A stretch of DNA of 55,509 nucleotides, from NCBI GenBank assembly GCA_049724395.1, contig JAUGWO010000019.1:1-55509 (forward strand), read 5' to 3'. Below, piece by piece: positions 1 through 12,713 of this stretch. The stretch is from Spongospora subterranea f. sp. subterranea. Taxonomy: Eukaryota. Position numbers and translations under genes: made by a program. The first letter of the stretch is position 1. The number at the start of each line of letters is the position of its first letter. Under the pieces are notes generated by a model. That model saw only the letters and a list, made by a program, of their open reading frames with translations, was not told where the DNA came from and did no database searches.

Positions 1-677
1 GTATTTTCATCGTGTATCGTGAAGGTGAAATCAGGCCGCCGGCCATGATCCATGATCGTGGCCTGATGTTTATAAAGATTGAAAATTCGATCTGAACTTC
101 ATCTTGGGATTATTCTGACTGGCTTTGTGTGGGGTCCTACAGTTATCGTCAATTTAGAACATTCGCTTCAACTGTGATTGTTTGGCTGGATATATAATAT
201 CTCAAAACCCGAATTTCATAATATCTCAAATTTCGTATTTCATAACCCATTATGATCATTCCAACAAATTGGTTCTATCCTATGTCGACAAGTCGATTTA
301 TCGTGATGCGTTTTACCGTTTTATTTAAGTAATTGGGTTTGTGTCAAACATTTTACGCTTATCCAGGTACACGATTTCCAATCCGACAAGTCGGTTGTTC
401 TCTATTCTATTGGCATCCATCCATTGCCACCATATCTGATGGTAACCGACTTGAACCCATCACAGACTCAACAACAAAATCAATCGACATCAATCGAGCG
501 TGCGTTGCCTACCTAATTCTTAGCGGAGGGAGGTGTTGAAGCCACATCTGTATCTCGGCCAACGTTAATCAGAATCCAACGAATTATACCGAAAAAAGTG
601 TTTATGAAAACACCAGATTAATTATTCTATAAACTTTGTGAAACTACCCTAAGGCGATTGGGTATATTTGACTTCAT

Positions 678-2031
678 CTACATTATTTGTTGAGTCATTG
701 GAGAGTGAACCTTCTCTAATCTTGTGAGGACATCATATTGACAGATATCAGATTCCATTCTGCCTGTTCCAGGACAGCAATTGCGACTGAACGAGGTGTA
801 GGATACTGATTCTCCCCATCTCCGAACAAATTCTTCAACACTTCCACCGCAATGACGATGTAAACAATGGTAAATTGGACGGCATTTTCTAATCGAAGAT
901 TTTAAATCCGGAAGAGCCGATCTCGTTGATTTTGTTTTCGCAATCACGAACTGATCAAACTCTTCGAGAATTTCGGAAAGCGCTGGGAGAAGGTCTCGGG
1001 TTGATTTTGAAAAGCGAAGATTACGTCTTGCTGGAATATCAAATGGTGGGTCGATCGATCCGCAAAGATGGGACTCCAATCCCCGACATTTCCGAAAACT
1101 AAAGTCTCCATGTGCGAATTGGTCGCCCCATTTTCGAATCCATTCATTTGTATCTTGGCCACAGTGATAAACAAAGCACCCCCAGATGGGTTTCGAAGCC
1201 CGGGTATAATATAATCGGTGAAGATTTCGAGCCATCTGGCAACTTGATCGGTATTTCTCGTTGAATTTCCAACACAGACTGAGTTTTTCTTCTGCGGTTT
1301 TGGATACTAAAACTGAAAGAGCAAGAATTTTGAGATCCAATAAACCGGAGTCTTTGTCTCTGAAAGGACAAATGTTCATCAGTTTTTCTAAAAAAGGCGA
1401 TTGACAACCTGTAGTCAGCGATTCTGACGATTTTCGTCATCTGGGAACCGCAGGCGTTATGATTTGATCCACGACCGGGGCAGCATTTCACTCCAAAATA
1501 GTGGTGCGGGAAACGAGTTCCCCAACGTGTCTGGAACAGGTGAATGTCTTTGCCACAACATTTCACAAGACATTGAAGGACGGGGATACAGATGCGCTTG
1601 AGACAATAAATTACCTTAGGACTAATACTGCAGCCCCATTTTCTGCAAGAGACCAGTTTCAAAACAAAATTCGAAATTAGGATCAGTTTTTGCAGGGTGC
1701 TGGCTGCCTTGGCAATTAGCCTAGTATCAGGAACCTTGATGTTGTTTCGTCCGACCTCCACGTTATCCCGCCGCGACTTGGCGCGCATGAGTAGTTCCAT
1801 CATGTGCTTCGTCATGGCGACACTGTCGTGATATTCGACCTGTTCTGGACTCTTCTCCTTTCCCTAAGCAGACGATACCATTTGTGATCATCAAATCGAG
1901 CAGGGAATCAGAGTTCTGACCAGAAACACACAGAGGCTATCATAGTCTTTGACCTCATCCAGGTCCCAGTTTAAGCGACGACAGAGCATTTTCAAACCCA
2001 CCAAGTACTTGGAATTACGAATTTGAACCAT
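678..2031 (-). CDS. Unknown protein with three Cys/His-rich repeats (2 exons: 2031-1921, 1863-678; one +1 frameshift at the T6 run ~1390-1395)
   Basis: ATG at 2031 (MVQIRNSK...). A GT-AG intron at 1920-1864 splices in frame into ORF 1144..1815. Removing one T from TTTTTT joins it to ORF 678..1379 (…AFLEKLMNICPF…). Three copies of PxxxCxxxh/cCG-x5-F/W-xx-R/KWG-x7-F-x3-C-x1-2-G are visible. Confidence 0.6.
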
Positions 2032-3579
2032 TTTTTTAGTGTTCTCCGGAAATCCATCCTAGTAGGCCACCATTTGATATTGGTGATCACGATTCTCGGC
2101 AATCGCTTACTGGCACGAAATTCTCACGAACATCAACAGGCTGGAATTTCGAATTAATCGTATTTTCCATGCGACAATCGAAAATGTTGCCCTCTACGCT
2201 TTCAAATGACTGTGGACCATTAACAGTGATACGGAATGCATCACGGTTTGAACTCGTGCTCGGGTTCCAATCCTATGAACAACTTAGCAAACCGAATCAC
2301 AAGTTGGACTTGAACTGAACGGCTAAATTTTTGGAACAACTGTCACCAAACTGTTGGGCGTTTCTGCTAGCGGGCACAACATTCTCGATAAATCCTTCTG
2401 ACGGCAAAATTTCTGAATCAATCGGAATTCGATTTAAATCGATAATGCAATCGATGTTCTGGCCCTCTTGGCTCAACTGTTGAGAATCAATATTGATATG
2501 GGACGCGTCAATGTTCGAACCGGGGCTCGAGTCCCATTCCTACAAAAACACTTAACAATCCGAATCTATATATATGAAGATGAACTGAACGACTACATTC
2601 ATCGACGAACTTCCACCACACTGGTCGACACGATTGATATTGGACAGCCCAAACGCCATCAAGGAATTGACTTGCAGCCAATCTGACTCCAATGCCGAAT
2701 ATTCGAATCCTGGAAAGTGTACATGTTTGGTCTCGTCGTGGAGCATTGCCCATTCCTGCGACGGCGACATGGCGTCCTGCAAGGACTAATGCCCTCAGAA
2801 TTTGGGCACTTCTTTGGAGCGACATTCCGCCATTCATACCGAGAAAGTCGAGGAGACGATTCTTGTGGCTACATTGGCCTGACCTGAGCCAAGCGGTGCG
2901 CCCCAACCATGCCCAGTTTCGGTTGTCACAGATCGAATCGGTCTGGTCGCCACCAGCAGCAAACCCAACAAGTTGAGGACACGCATTGGAGGAATGGATG
3001 GCGCAACAGTACTGTAGCGCGGTTCGCCAATGGGCAAAGATGAGTTCAGAGTTAAGGATGGCACGAACGATTCTGTAGGTGTCATAGACCACTTCGAGGA
3101 TCGTGGCTCACCAAAAACAAACAACATCTTTTTTATATTGATAAAAACCCCAATTTTCAATTTTTGACCGAAAACAAAAACGTTTTGATGCTCTCAGAGC
3201 GTTGAACGCTTCCTGTTGTTCGCTGACTTCTCTGTTTTAGAAGGCTACACGGAATAAACCCACAGCAGAAATAACCCCACATTGACTGTTGACTACACAA
3301 GTACAGTACATCTACCAAAATTCGACTTTTATGTGCTCAGACCTTCAAAGTTTACGCTGCCTCAATGATTGCGCAGGTACAGTACCGGACACCAACTTTG
3401 CCACTACAGACTACGGAGTATCTGATAACGTTTGCGTTCAGGAACAAATTCGGATTACAGTACAACTGAATAAATCGATTGCATTTGCAATTAGAAGGAT
3501 GACTGAACTAGAAAATTTGAATTCGAATTATTGACTGACTTATGGGCACTCAAACCATCGACTTTTTGAAGTATTTGAA

Positions 3580-4212
3580 ACATTATAGGTGAAAAACAGT
3601 TTTGTCCATAGAAACACTCAGAGAAATGCGTGCGCACATATTTTCGCAAAACAATGTTGCGACTTACGGACCAGTAAATTGAAGGAACCCAACCAGAACA
3701 AGAAGAATCCCGTTCCACACCACACTGTAATTTGTAAACCGAGTGAATGGCGCCAAGATCGAAAAGAGCTAAAATGATGTTGCATGCTCGAACATTACAA
3801 AATCCTTTCCATCCGCCAGTCTCGTCACATAGGGTACTGGCGGACAGAGAAAGATTTCCCGGGTACTGTACTTGTCATGCCTAATTGGATATTATTAATA
3901 AATGACTAAAGCGTCAGTTCGGACAACGTCTAATTACCTAAGCACCTCTGGTCCCTTATATTGCCAATATCAACTTCCTCCTCTCTCGAACGTGACACTT
4001 TCTTCTCAACTTGACTTCACAACGCAACAACAGTATTTAGAAGAGACTGTATCAAGCGGAAAAGGTTCAATTATCTTCTATCCGAAATTTCATCCCGAGT
4101 TCAATTGGATTGAAATGTTTTGGGGTGCAACTAAGCGATACACGCGCAAACACTCCCATAGAGCAGTCCCCAGCTCTGTAATGAACGACTTCACAATAAT
4201 TTTCGGGAAAAA
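3580..4212 (+). mobile_element. Degenerate Tc1/mariner-IS630-like (DDE) transposase fragment
   Basis: ORF 3902..4216 contains IIFYPKFHPEFNWIEMFWGATKRYTR, matching the (F/Y)LPKFHxELNxIExxW C-terminal motif of eukaryotic Tc1/IS630-type transposases. No intact N-terminus or TIRs seen. Confidence 0.7.
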
Positions 4213-4492
4213 CTAGGGAAACGGTACATCCTTCTTGGTCAGCTCGTACAGTGGCGCTGCGTAATGGGAGTATCGAGAGATGAAGTCGCGGTAAAAGTTA
4301 GCGAATCCTAAGAAGCATTGAATCCCCTTGACGGACGTGGGTGTTTGCCACGATGTAATATTGGAGGTTTCTTCTGGGTCCATTTCAATTCCTTTCGCGG
4401 CTGATGATGTAACCAAGGAATTCCACACGTCGAACTCCCAAAGCGCATTTCTCAAGCTTGGCAAACAACTTCTTGTCACGCAACCGTTGTGC

Positions 4493-4513
4493 GAGAGAGA
4501 GAGAGAGAGAGAG
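4493..4513. repeat. (GA)n microsatellite inside the RT remnant
   Basis: gagagagagagagagagagag, read as SLSLSLS in the RT frame. Confidence 0.9.
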
Positions 4514-5220
4514 CTCGCCCTGACATGAGCTTCGTGTTCCGCTAGATCCTGTGAATAAATCAGGATATCATCCAGGTATACGACCACGAATTATCCCAGG
4601 CAGTCCTGGAGCGTCTCGTTCATAAACCTTTGAAACGAGGCTGGAGCATTCTTGAGACCAAATGGCATAACTTGATATTTAAAGTGGCCGTCCTTGCAGT
4701 TGAACGCCGTTTTCCATTCATCTTGTGGTCTGATTCACACCAGGTTGTACGCGCCGCGCAGGTCAATCTTCGTGTAGCATTTGGCGCTCGCTAGTTGTTG
4801 TAAAATGTCGTCGATTAGAGGTAGTGGATATGGTTCTCGCTTAGTGATGTTGTTGAGTGACCTGTAATCGACACAAATCTTAGTGAACCATCCTTCTTTT
4901 TGACAAAGAGGATCGGCGCTCCGAGCGGGGACTGAGAGTTCCTGATAAAACCTCGCTCCAGATTATCTTGGATGTAAGATTGTAGCACGGGGTCTTCTTT
5001 TGCTGATAGATAATAGCAGGGTTTGTAAGAGAGAGTTCCTGCATCTTCTTCCAGATTGATAACACAGTCGACACCTGGTCGATGCGGTGGTAGTGTTTCT
5101 GCACCTTGCTGAGAGAAAACGTCTGCGAAATCTGAATACTGAGTCGGAAGTTTAACACTTCTGCATAGGCCCCTGCGGCGTTGCCTTTTGCTGATCGCGG
5201 GCGTGAGCGGTGATTGTGAG

Positions 5221-5287
5221 ATTGTTTCCAGTCAATGAAAGGGTTAGCTTGTCAATTGTTTTCAGTCAATGAAAGGGTTAGCTTGTC
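5221..5287. repeat. ~34-bp tandem duplication in the protease/RT region
   Basis: attgtttccagtcaatgaaagggttagcttgtc is followed by aattgttttcagtcaatgaaagggttagcttgtc. Confidence 0.85.
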
Positions 5288-5897
5288 GAAGGAACGTCAC
5301 TCCTAGCACAATTGGGTACACTGGGCTGTCGATTAGGAAAAACTTGGCGTGAAACTGGATAGAGGCTATCGAAATATGCAGAAGACAGGTTTGGTGTGTT
5401 ACTGGACGGAAATGTCTGCCATCTATCACGCTAAGAGGGATTGGGGCGCTAAGATTTTATAGTGGGAATTGATTGAGGAGAGCGAATTTCCGATCGATAA
5501 ATAATGAGGAAGCACCACAACCAATAAACGCGACAGTTTCAATAGCCTCCGTTCTTGGCGGCAAGGAAATAGAACAAGGAGGGCATAGCATTGGGGCTAT
5601 TGCATTATCGACAACAGTCGTCGATATTAGGTGGGCCGGAGGCGAATAAGTTGAATGTGGTTGTGTATTCGGGTGATTTACACGTGGAGGTAGGCTATGC
5701 GTTGCAATGGAATGGCCAGCTTCTCCACAGTATAAGCATAAGTTGGCGCGACGGCGTCGGTCCTTCTCCTCTACCGTGAGAGCAGCGCGGGGAGCACTAA
5801 TGCGTTGACTCTCGCGTCCGGAACTGACTCGAACGGGTTTATCGCGTCGATCACCATCGGAACGGGTCGCTGCGGGACTCTGGAGGAACGATAAGGC

Positions 5898-6861
5898 CTA
5901 TACGGTTGAGATAGTGGTAGCGGTGGTGGCACATAATTGCTGTGGACGGGGAATGAAACCGAGTAGTCTCGTGCGGCGTGTCTTTGTAGTAGACGTTAAT
6001 CGAGTCGTAAAGCGTTGCCGATCAGTTGTTGAAGTGACGTCGGCAAATTGCTCGGGTATTGTCAGCAGGAGGTCCTGAATCTCATTGCTCAACCCCCTTC
6101 GGAATGCGTGCTGCGCTGCGCGTTCGTCCCACCCAGCGTCGGATACGAGTTGTTGCACGTATGAAGCATATGCCGCCACCGATCTCTTACCTTGATTGAT
6201 CGTCGATAGTGTGTCCGCAGCGGACTCTGCACGGTTTCGATCGTCGAATCGTTGTCTGAATAGGTAGAGGAACTGCTGGAAATTGTTGAAATAAGTCGGG
6301 TCTTTCGTCTTGAAATATGGATTAAACCACTCCCGTGCCAATCCAGTTAACAGACTGCCGACCAATAACACCCTTGATATTTCAGTGCCATAAGTTAATG
6401 GTTGCTGCTGAATGACCAGCAGGATCTGATTTACAAAACCCCTGACCATTGACGAGTGGCCATTGAACGGTTCGGGGAGACATGCTCGAGGTTCTCGAAT
6501 TGTTGGTGGCAATGGACAATTCTTGACTCTTAAACGGTTGTTATTTGTTCTTGCGGCTGCCGAACTTGCTCCTGGAGTTGGGAGTGTTGTTGCCGCATCT
6601 CCAAGTATGGTGCGTTGTAGTTGCTGTATGAAAGTCGAGTCGGTGGGTTCTGAGTTGTCCGGATTGCTGTATGAAAGTCGAGTCGGTGGGTTCTGAGTTG
6701 TCCGGATTGCTGTATGAAAGTCGAGTCGGTGGGTTCTGAGTTGTCCGGATTGCTGTATGAAAGTCGAGTCGGTGGGTTCTGAGTTGTCCGGATTGCTGTA
6801 TGAAAGTCGAGTCGGTGGGTTCTGAGTTGTCCGGAAGACAAGCATCAGAATTAAGATTCAT
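5898..6861 (-). pseudogene. Retrotransposon Gag (Ty3/gypsy, PEG10/RTL-like), frame broken by the 43-bp VNTR
   Basis: The ATG at 6861 is out of frame with the gag body because five 43-bp units intervene. Gag motifs lie in ORF 5898..6845. Confidence 0.8.
6622..6835. repeat. 43-bp perfect tandem repeat, 5 copies
   Basis: Unit TGCTGTATGAAAGTCGAGTCGGTGGGTTCTGAGTTGTCCGGAT starts at 6622, 6665, 6708, 6751 and 6794. Confidence 0.97.
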
Positions 6862-6935
6862 GGAGGATTGGAATGAAGGCGATGATGACGAAGGACTAGA
6901 CTGGGAAACGGAGGAGACGGGGGCATTGACTTAGT

Positions 6936-7048
6936 GAGGCGAAAGGTACGTAAACCTTGATAGAAGAGAGGGAGAGAACAAAGACAAGGGGGAAGAGACT
7001 GAGCGAGGCGAAAGGTACGTAAACCTTGATAGAAGAGAGGGAGAGAAC
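6936..7048. repeat. 44-bp direct repeat pair in the retroelement leader
   Basis: GAGGCGAAAGGTACGTAAACCTTGATAGAAGAGAGGGAGAGAAC at 6936-6979 and 7005-7048. Confidence 0.93.
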
Positions 7049-10000
7049 TAGATCAGGAGCAGTACACACAGGTCATACTTCTCTTGGTAAATGCAGCAAT
7101 GAAAACATTGATAGTTAGAATTGACATGTGTATGAACCCGTAAGCAACTGCATTGTTCATCCGGCTGCTTGACTGACCCAGTGTTCGACGCGCGTGTGAA
7201 TCGAAAAGTGATCTCGCTTGCTTTATAAGGAGTGATAATGTCACATTCAGTTTCGAGCATTGATCACCGATCTTGGAGACTATTGGACATTTTCGACATT
7301 TGACTACCGTTCAATTAGTTTGGTTCATGAGATTGGGACTAGGGTTGCCCCTGAGAATTTTGTTCTGTGCGTCTCTTATGGGACCACGATGGCAGAGCCC
7401 GCCCTCACCTAGATAACCGATTAGGATCACACCAACTCCCCGCTTCCTCTATCAGCGACGTTCTAAAAAATCAATGACATTACGATAATAAATCCCGATA
7501 TATGGCTATTTATCAACCCCGCGCTCGCGACACCGAGGAATCGTCGTTTCGGCATTTTTCATCAATTAACGACTTATATTTCAACTACCTTCCCATAAAA
7601 CCTGGCCGGTTTGATATGATAATGGGTTTGGGCTGTGGGGGTTCCAATCCTGGTGTCAATAATGATCCAAACCGATCTCTGTGACCAAGAGATAACGATC
7701 TGTAACACGATTAATCAATGTCGCCCAACTCTCATTTTCCAAGACGGGGCGATCCACGGGACCCATATTCGATCTAAACGAATCCACTCACCCCAGAAGA
7801 CTATTTCGGTCCCTGTTCACTGGTCAATCCGAATGGAAAATTCCATGCACTTTAGATGGCGCCAGTTCTCAGACCATTCGCCCAACTGGTCCAAATCCTT
7901 CAGTGTTTCTCATCCAATTAAACCGATTCCAAAAATTCCTGGAGATATCCCCGCTCAATACTGTATTCGCCCTCCGTCCAATAAGGTCGGTTTCCCTGAT
8001 ATGTTCAGTATATCGAGTTGCTGATGTGAATGGTTGGACAGTTGAGTCGCTCCCAGAACATCGACTCAATTAACAGCGCGTTCCTTCGACCCGACATTGG
8101 CAAGTTGTCGACTAGTGTCCAGGGCAACTTGGGACCTGGCGCTACCAATACTCAGCCCAGCATAGTTTGTAGGAGTTTGACCCGCTGATTTTCGTCTCCT
8201 ATCGGTTTGATGAAAGGATATTGTCTTTCCCGTGTAGCGCCGATGGATTCGGTCTCATTACCGCCTTCGCTTCCGTCTGTTTCAGGAACCGTCCAATTCA
8301 AGTTTCTCAATCATAAGAAGTCGTTCGATGATTTCCTCAGCTTCAAAGGTGTTGTGGTCCCTAACATTCGCTTTGGCGACCTGCTTTTCATTTAACGCCG
8401 TCCTTACTTCACATATTATTGGTCTCACACTTCAAATTTCGGTCGTCATTTCTTTCAATTGTTCTTCCATATAAACTCCAATCACAATAGTCATTCATTT
8501 TTTTAACAGACTCGTCAGCTCTGCAAAATCGCGAGATCAAAGCAAGTTCGGGGACAGTTTCAGGTATTCGGTTGTTGACTCTTGCGAACTCCCATCCAGA
8601 AAGACCATTACACAGGGCCTCAAAATCGTAGTTTTTGTTAACTGATTCGCAAACCACATTGCATTGCAAACAAATTCATGTTGAATGGATTTGTCCATAG
8701 AGTACAATCCAAGCAGTCGCGAAAGAAGAAAAACAATGAACAAATTGAACTCGCGTCTGCAAAGGAGACGTGAACGAGTCGAGCTAAACCTGATGTCCAA
8801 AGAACCTTGAAGCGCTGGTTGAAGAAAACCAGAATCTCAGAGCTTCCCACAATATTTTTCAAGAAGTCGATACTCTGGAGTCAGTATGTCATCGATATGT
8901 TTTCAATGCGATTTTCCATTCTACAATGTTTTCTTGATTGCGCTTTATGTCACATTCAATAATGATCAGACATCATACAGATTCGGCTGATCTCGGGTTG
9001 TTTCAGGTCGAATTTGAGAATGTCCCAGTTCCATGCACGACAAATTCACAATTTTCTGGACCCTATTCACATGGATATCGTTCTGAACTCGATATTCGAG
9101 ACGGCCTGCGCTGATGAGCGATTTCCTGGACTTTCATCGGCTGTGAAGTTGAAAGGTATTCTGTCGCAGTCGTTCGACTGTAATATTCTTGTCACGTTCA
9201 TTCTTTGGATTCTCTTGCGCAATACCGTTTTTCAAATTCAAGAAATTAATTAAAATTATTGGTTTTGAGTTATATTGTTTGCAAAAGTACTAATTTCGAA
9301 CTTGGACAATGTGAAGATCTGGGCACCGACCTCGAAGCGATACCTCAATGTTTTGCTGTTGCTGGAAATGCGTTTTTGTTTGTTGAATAGGTGGTCAATC
9401 TCAGATATTCAAAAAAGGGCAGTGTGCGATTTGTTTCGAAAGGCGGCACCGATTTCTGCACAATTTCAATGCGCCATACGATTATGTGTTCATGTTGCAT
9501 ACGACGCCTGCCAATCCCTGGAAAAGGCAATTTTCACTGCAGGCGCCATTAAAGCACAGGTTGAGCAACTCCCCTGCGATACAGAACATAACTTTCCGTG
9601 TTCACAACATGACCCATCGGATTTATAAGATTTAAATTATTAAAAGCTCCAAATGTATCATTGCCCAATATGAGGATTTTGTGTTTTCAGGCAATCTAAC
9701 TGGCAACAGGTTATGAAAATCTCTCTCCAATTGGCAATACGATGCATCGAAGGAATGCAAAAACTCAAAAAAAGCGGAGATCATTGACGAACAAATGCAC
9801 AATCCGGATATCACACTTGAATCATGCTTGGTCAAGGCCAAAATGAACCTCTGTCCCAGTCATGGCAAACTACTCTTGTTCAGTAACTTTTGGCAACAGG
9901 ATTTAGGTCTCACCATCTCTATTGGCGTTATCAATGCTTGCAACATTGTTCGCCATGATACATCCAGTTAATTATTCGCGTTTCGACGCATGAAGCGCAG

Positions 10001-12713
10001 CGTTCTCCACTTGAATTCAATGACATAAGGGTTGAACCAGAGCCCAAAGTTTCATCGATGACCCCAGCGACTACGGCCAACGAATAATCCTTGGCACAAT
10101 CAATGTTAGGTCGTCGTCTTTCCACACTGAGGGTCATGATTGCGGTCTTTGGGTCGGTAATGGAAATTTTCTCGTTCAGTTGATGGTGTTGAAGGTCGAG
10201 CCTTGCCGGCGGCACTGGTCCGATGTTTGACATTATTTCCGAAGTAGAGCAATTTGCGCTCGCCTTGGTCATTGTTGAATGGACAAAGAGGTGATATATA
10301 CACCTGGGTCGGCAACATGTTATTGCTGCTGCTGTTGGTGTGTGTCAACTGCACCGATTGGAATGTAGTTCATGGTTGTCATGTTGCATTCTTATCAGTG
10401 TCACATTATTGTCGTAAGAACCGTGGTCGTGTACCCTTTTATGGTGAAGGTTCAAGGACCTTCCAGGTTAGAACTCGAGTTCATCAGCTCTAGAAGGAGA
10501 CGACTTTGGGGCAAGCCAAACGGTACTTCAATCTCTTCAACAGTTTTCCAGGGCATAATGGGCCGTATTAATGATAATTTTTCAGAGTCACAAATTTGCA
10601 AAAAAAAACGTGATGACAGAACTCGACATTTCGCGTTATAAAATAGGTATTTGGTGAAATATGTTGGGCTTAACACTCTTCAAGCTACGTGTGAAATTTC
10701 TTCGAGAACGACTGTGCGGATTACTAATCGTGGTGCTTGCAAAACCCTATCACAGAGCACATATTTCTTTGAAAACGATGCTGTACCAGATCCTCAATTG
10801 TTGTAGGATCTATGTCGAACGCGATAGTCTCAGCAACAATGTCGACTGGCATGCATCAACCTGTTTTCCTAAAGGAATATGCAGCAGCTCTGTTCCTGAG
10901 ACAGCAAAGGCTCCAATGGTGATAATTGTGACCGTTTTATATGTCCTATGTATTAGTGTAAAGGCTGAGAATATTGTCAACTCTTTATCGGAAGTTTTCC
11001 TTCTGCGCGATCGACAAAAACGCCATTTTCCATACCGCGGTTCTGACGTCGCTTCAATAGGAGTCATATTGGGTAAATGACTTATTGCCTCCCCTGAACT
11101 CAACGAGGCACAGTTTTCACAGATGCACCATGAATATCGAATGAGATAAAGTGTTGCCACTTCTGCAACCGCTGACATCACGAAAGCCCCACAGGATCGT
11201 CAAAGCGATACGGCTGACATTAGAACCAGATCATCACTGCTAGTCGAGCAATTTGAGGGCGGCGTTGAAATCTTACCCAAGCGGATTCGTCCGATGGCCG
11301 TTGACATGATCGGATGATCATCGGATGATGATGAATTTCCCTTGGCAATGGTGTAAGCAAATTTGCGGAAGCGATAAATTTACGCTGTATTGATTGTGGC
11401 GGCGAACAGCTCCTGGGTAGAAGCCAGACAGAATGGGTTATTGCAGCGCGGCGACAGGCGGTATTGAAAAATCCATTGGACTCCATCTGAGCGTCGGAAG
11501 AGGGTCTCAAACCGGTCTCGTTGACTAGAATCTGGTGAAACTCATGTGGTGATCATGCCACACCGCACGATACTCGTGGCGATAACCAGGTCAACGATGT
11601 CGACCGGTGAAATGGGTAATGACCCATGATGGCCCGATAGTCTGGTGGAATTGGGGCACCAGATTCACCCATCGCTCATGATTTGTTTAGACCGCGAATG
11701 GTTCTTGTTCGATTAGAGGGAGTGTGTGGGGTGAACTTGATCGTAAATTTAATGATTTCCGTAGGTCTCGTCGATTTGTGACAAAAATTATGTGTTCAAG
11801 AGCGACAAGGCACTGCTTTGAATGCGTTTACAGCGTTGAGGTGGGTTTTTGGATCGGTTGATGATCCGATGATGTCAACTGCCATTGGTCGGGTTTATCG
11901 CCAATCCATTCGATAGGCGTTGAAATGGTCTACGATCTCGATACGACCGCGATTCCACCCGATGGGGAGCTGCCCTCAACCGAATCCTTCGTTAGCACAT
12001 CTTCATGACGATGGGGTTATCGGACATCATCTCAAGAGTCTTCTCCCAATCAGCCCACCACCAGCCGCGGATCCAGGAACCGACCTAAGAATAGCTCAGT
12101 TCGGCTTCGTTCTCTTTGCACCTCTCTCTCTTTCCTCGTTCGCGTCGCTCGTTCCGTTGCATATTCGATAATAACAGTTCAACTTCTCTCCGGAAAACAC
12201 AGTTCTGTACAAGGTCAAGGCCGACCCAGTTTGATATCAGGCCATTATCACCCTCCACCACCACAGCTTACAGTACAATACAGTATTTCCGATCAGCCAA
12301 GAGCTACACCAATCTGAAAGATCCCACTTTCGAGACGTAAGTAACTGCAAAAGCATTGAAAATTCGCCTTTGAATGGCTGTGATATCTGTCCGGCGTCCT
12401 CATCAGCGATGATCAACATTGTTCAACACCGAGTACGTTTCAAGGAACTGGGCTCGTTAAATCAGTGGGCGATGGAAGACGAAACTAGTCCAGCGACTAG
12501 GGCTCTTGCCAGAACAAGGGCCAGCCAGAAACCATTGAGCGAACGTGCGTTTAGATGAAATAACACAATCAGTGAATGTGCCATTCTGCGACAACTGTAA
12601 TATGGCAGCGGGACAAGAGTGTATGATTGTTCAGAAAAGGCTTTCAAAACAGGAGAATGATCAAGTAATAATAACCCAATATCCAATAGGTGATAAATAA
12701 TTGACGTTGGAAG

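Larger units (their letters stand above)
4213..7245 (-). mobile_element. Decayed, 3'-truncated Ty3/gypsy LTR retrotransposon (gag-protease-RT)
   Basis: Gag ORF 5898..6845 (PEPFNG…GFVNQ…LLTGLAREWF…QGKRSVAAY). Zn-knuckle remnant LCLYCGEAGH at ~5715-5745. Protease remnant VAFIGCGASS at ~5505-5535. RT motifs YLDDILIYS and W-x-TP-x-SVKGIQCFLGFANFYRDFI at 4213-4587, and [17 protein letters not shown] at ~4615-4670. Multiple frameshifts. The 5' boundary is guessed at TGTGACA 7245. Confidence 0.9.

Noticed and set aside
6622..6835. 43-bp repeat array as a CRISPR
   Set aside because: The units are contiguous with no unique spacers, there are no cas genes, and the context is a eukaryotic retroelement.
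7300..12600. Short ORFs suggesting a decayed gene or element
   Set aside because: I found no recognisable motif or consistent exon chain, so it is left unannotated.
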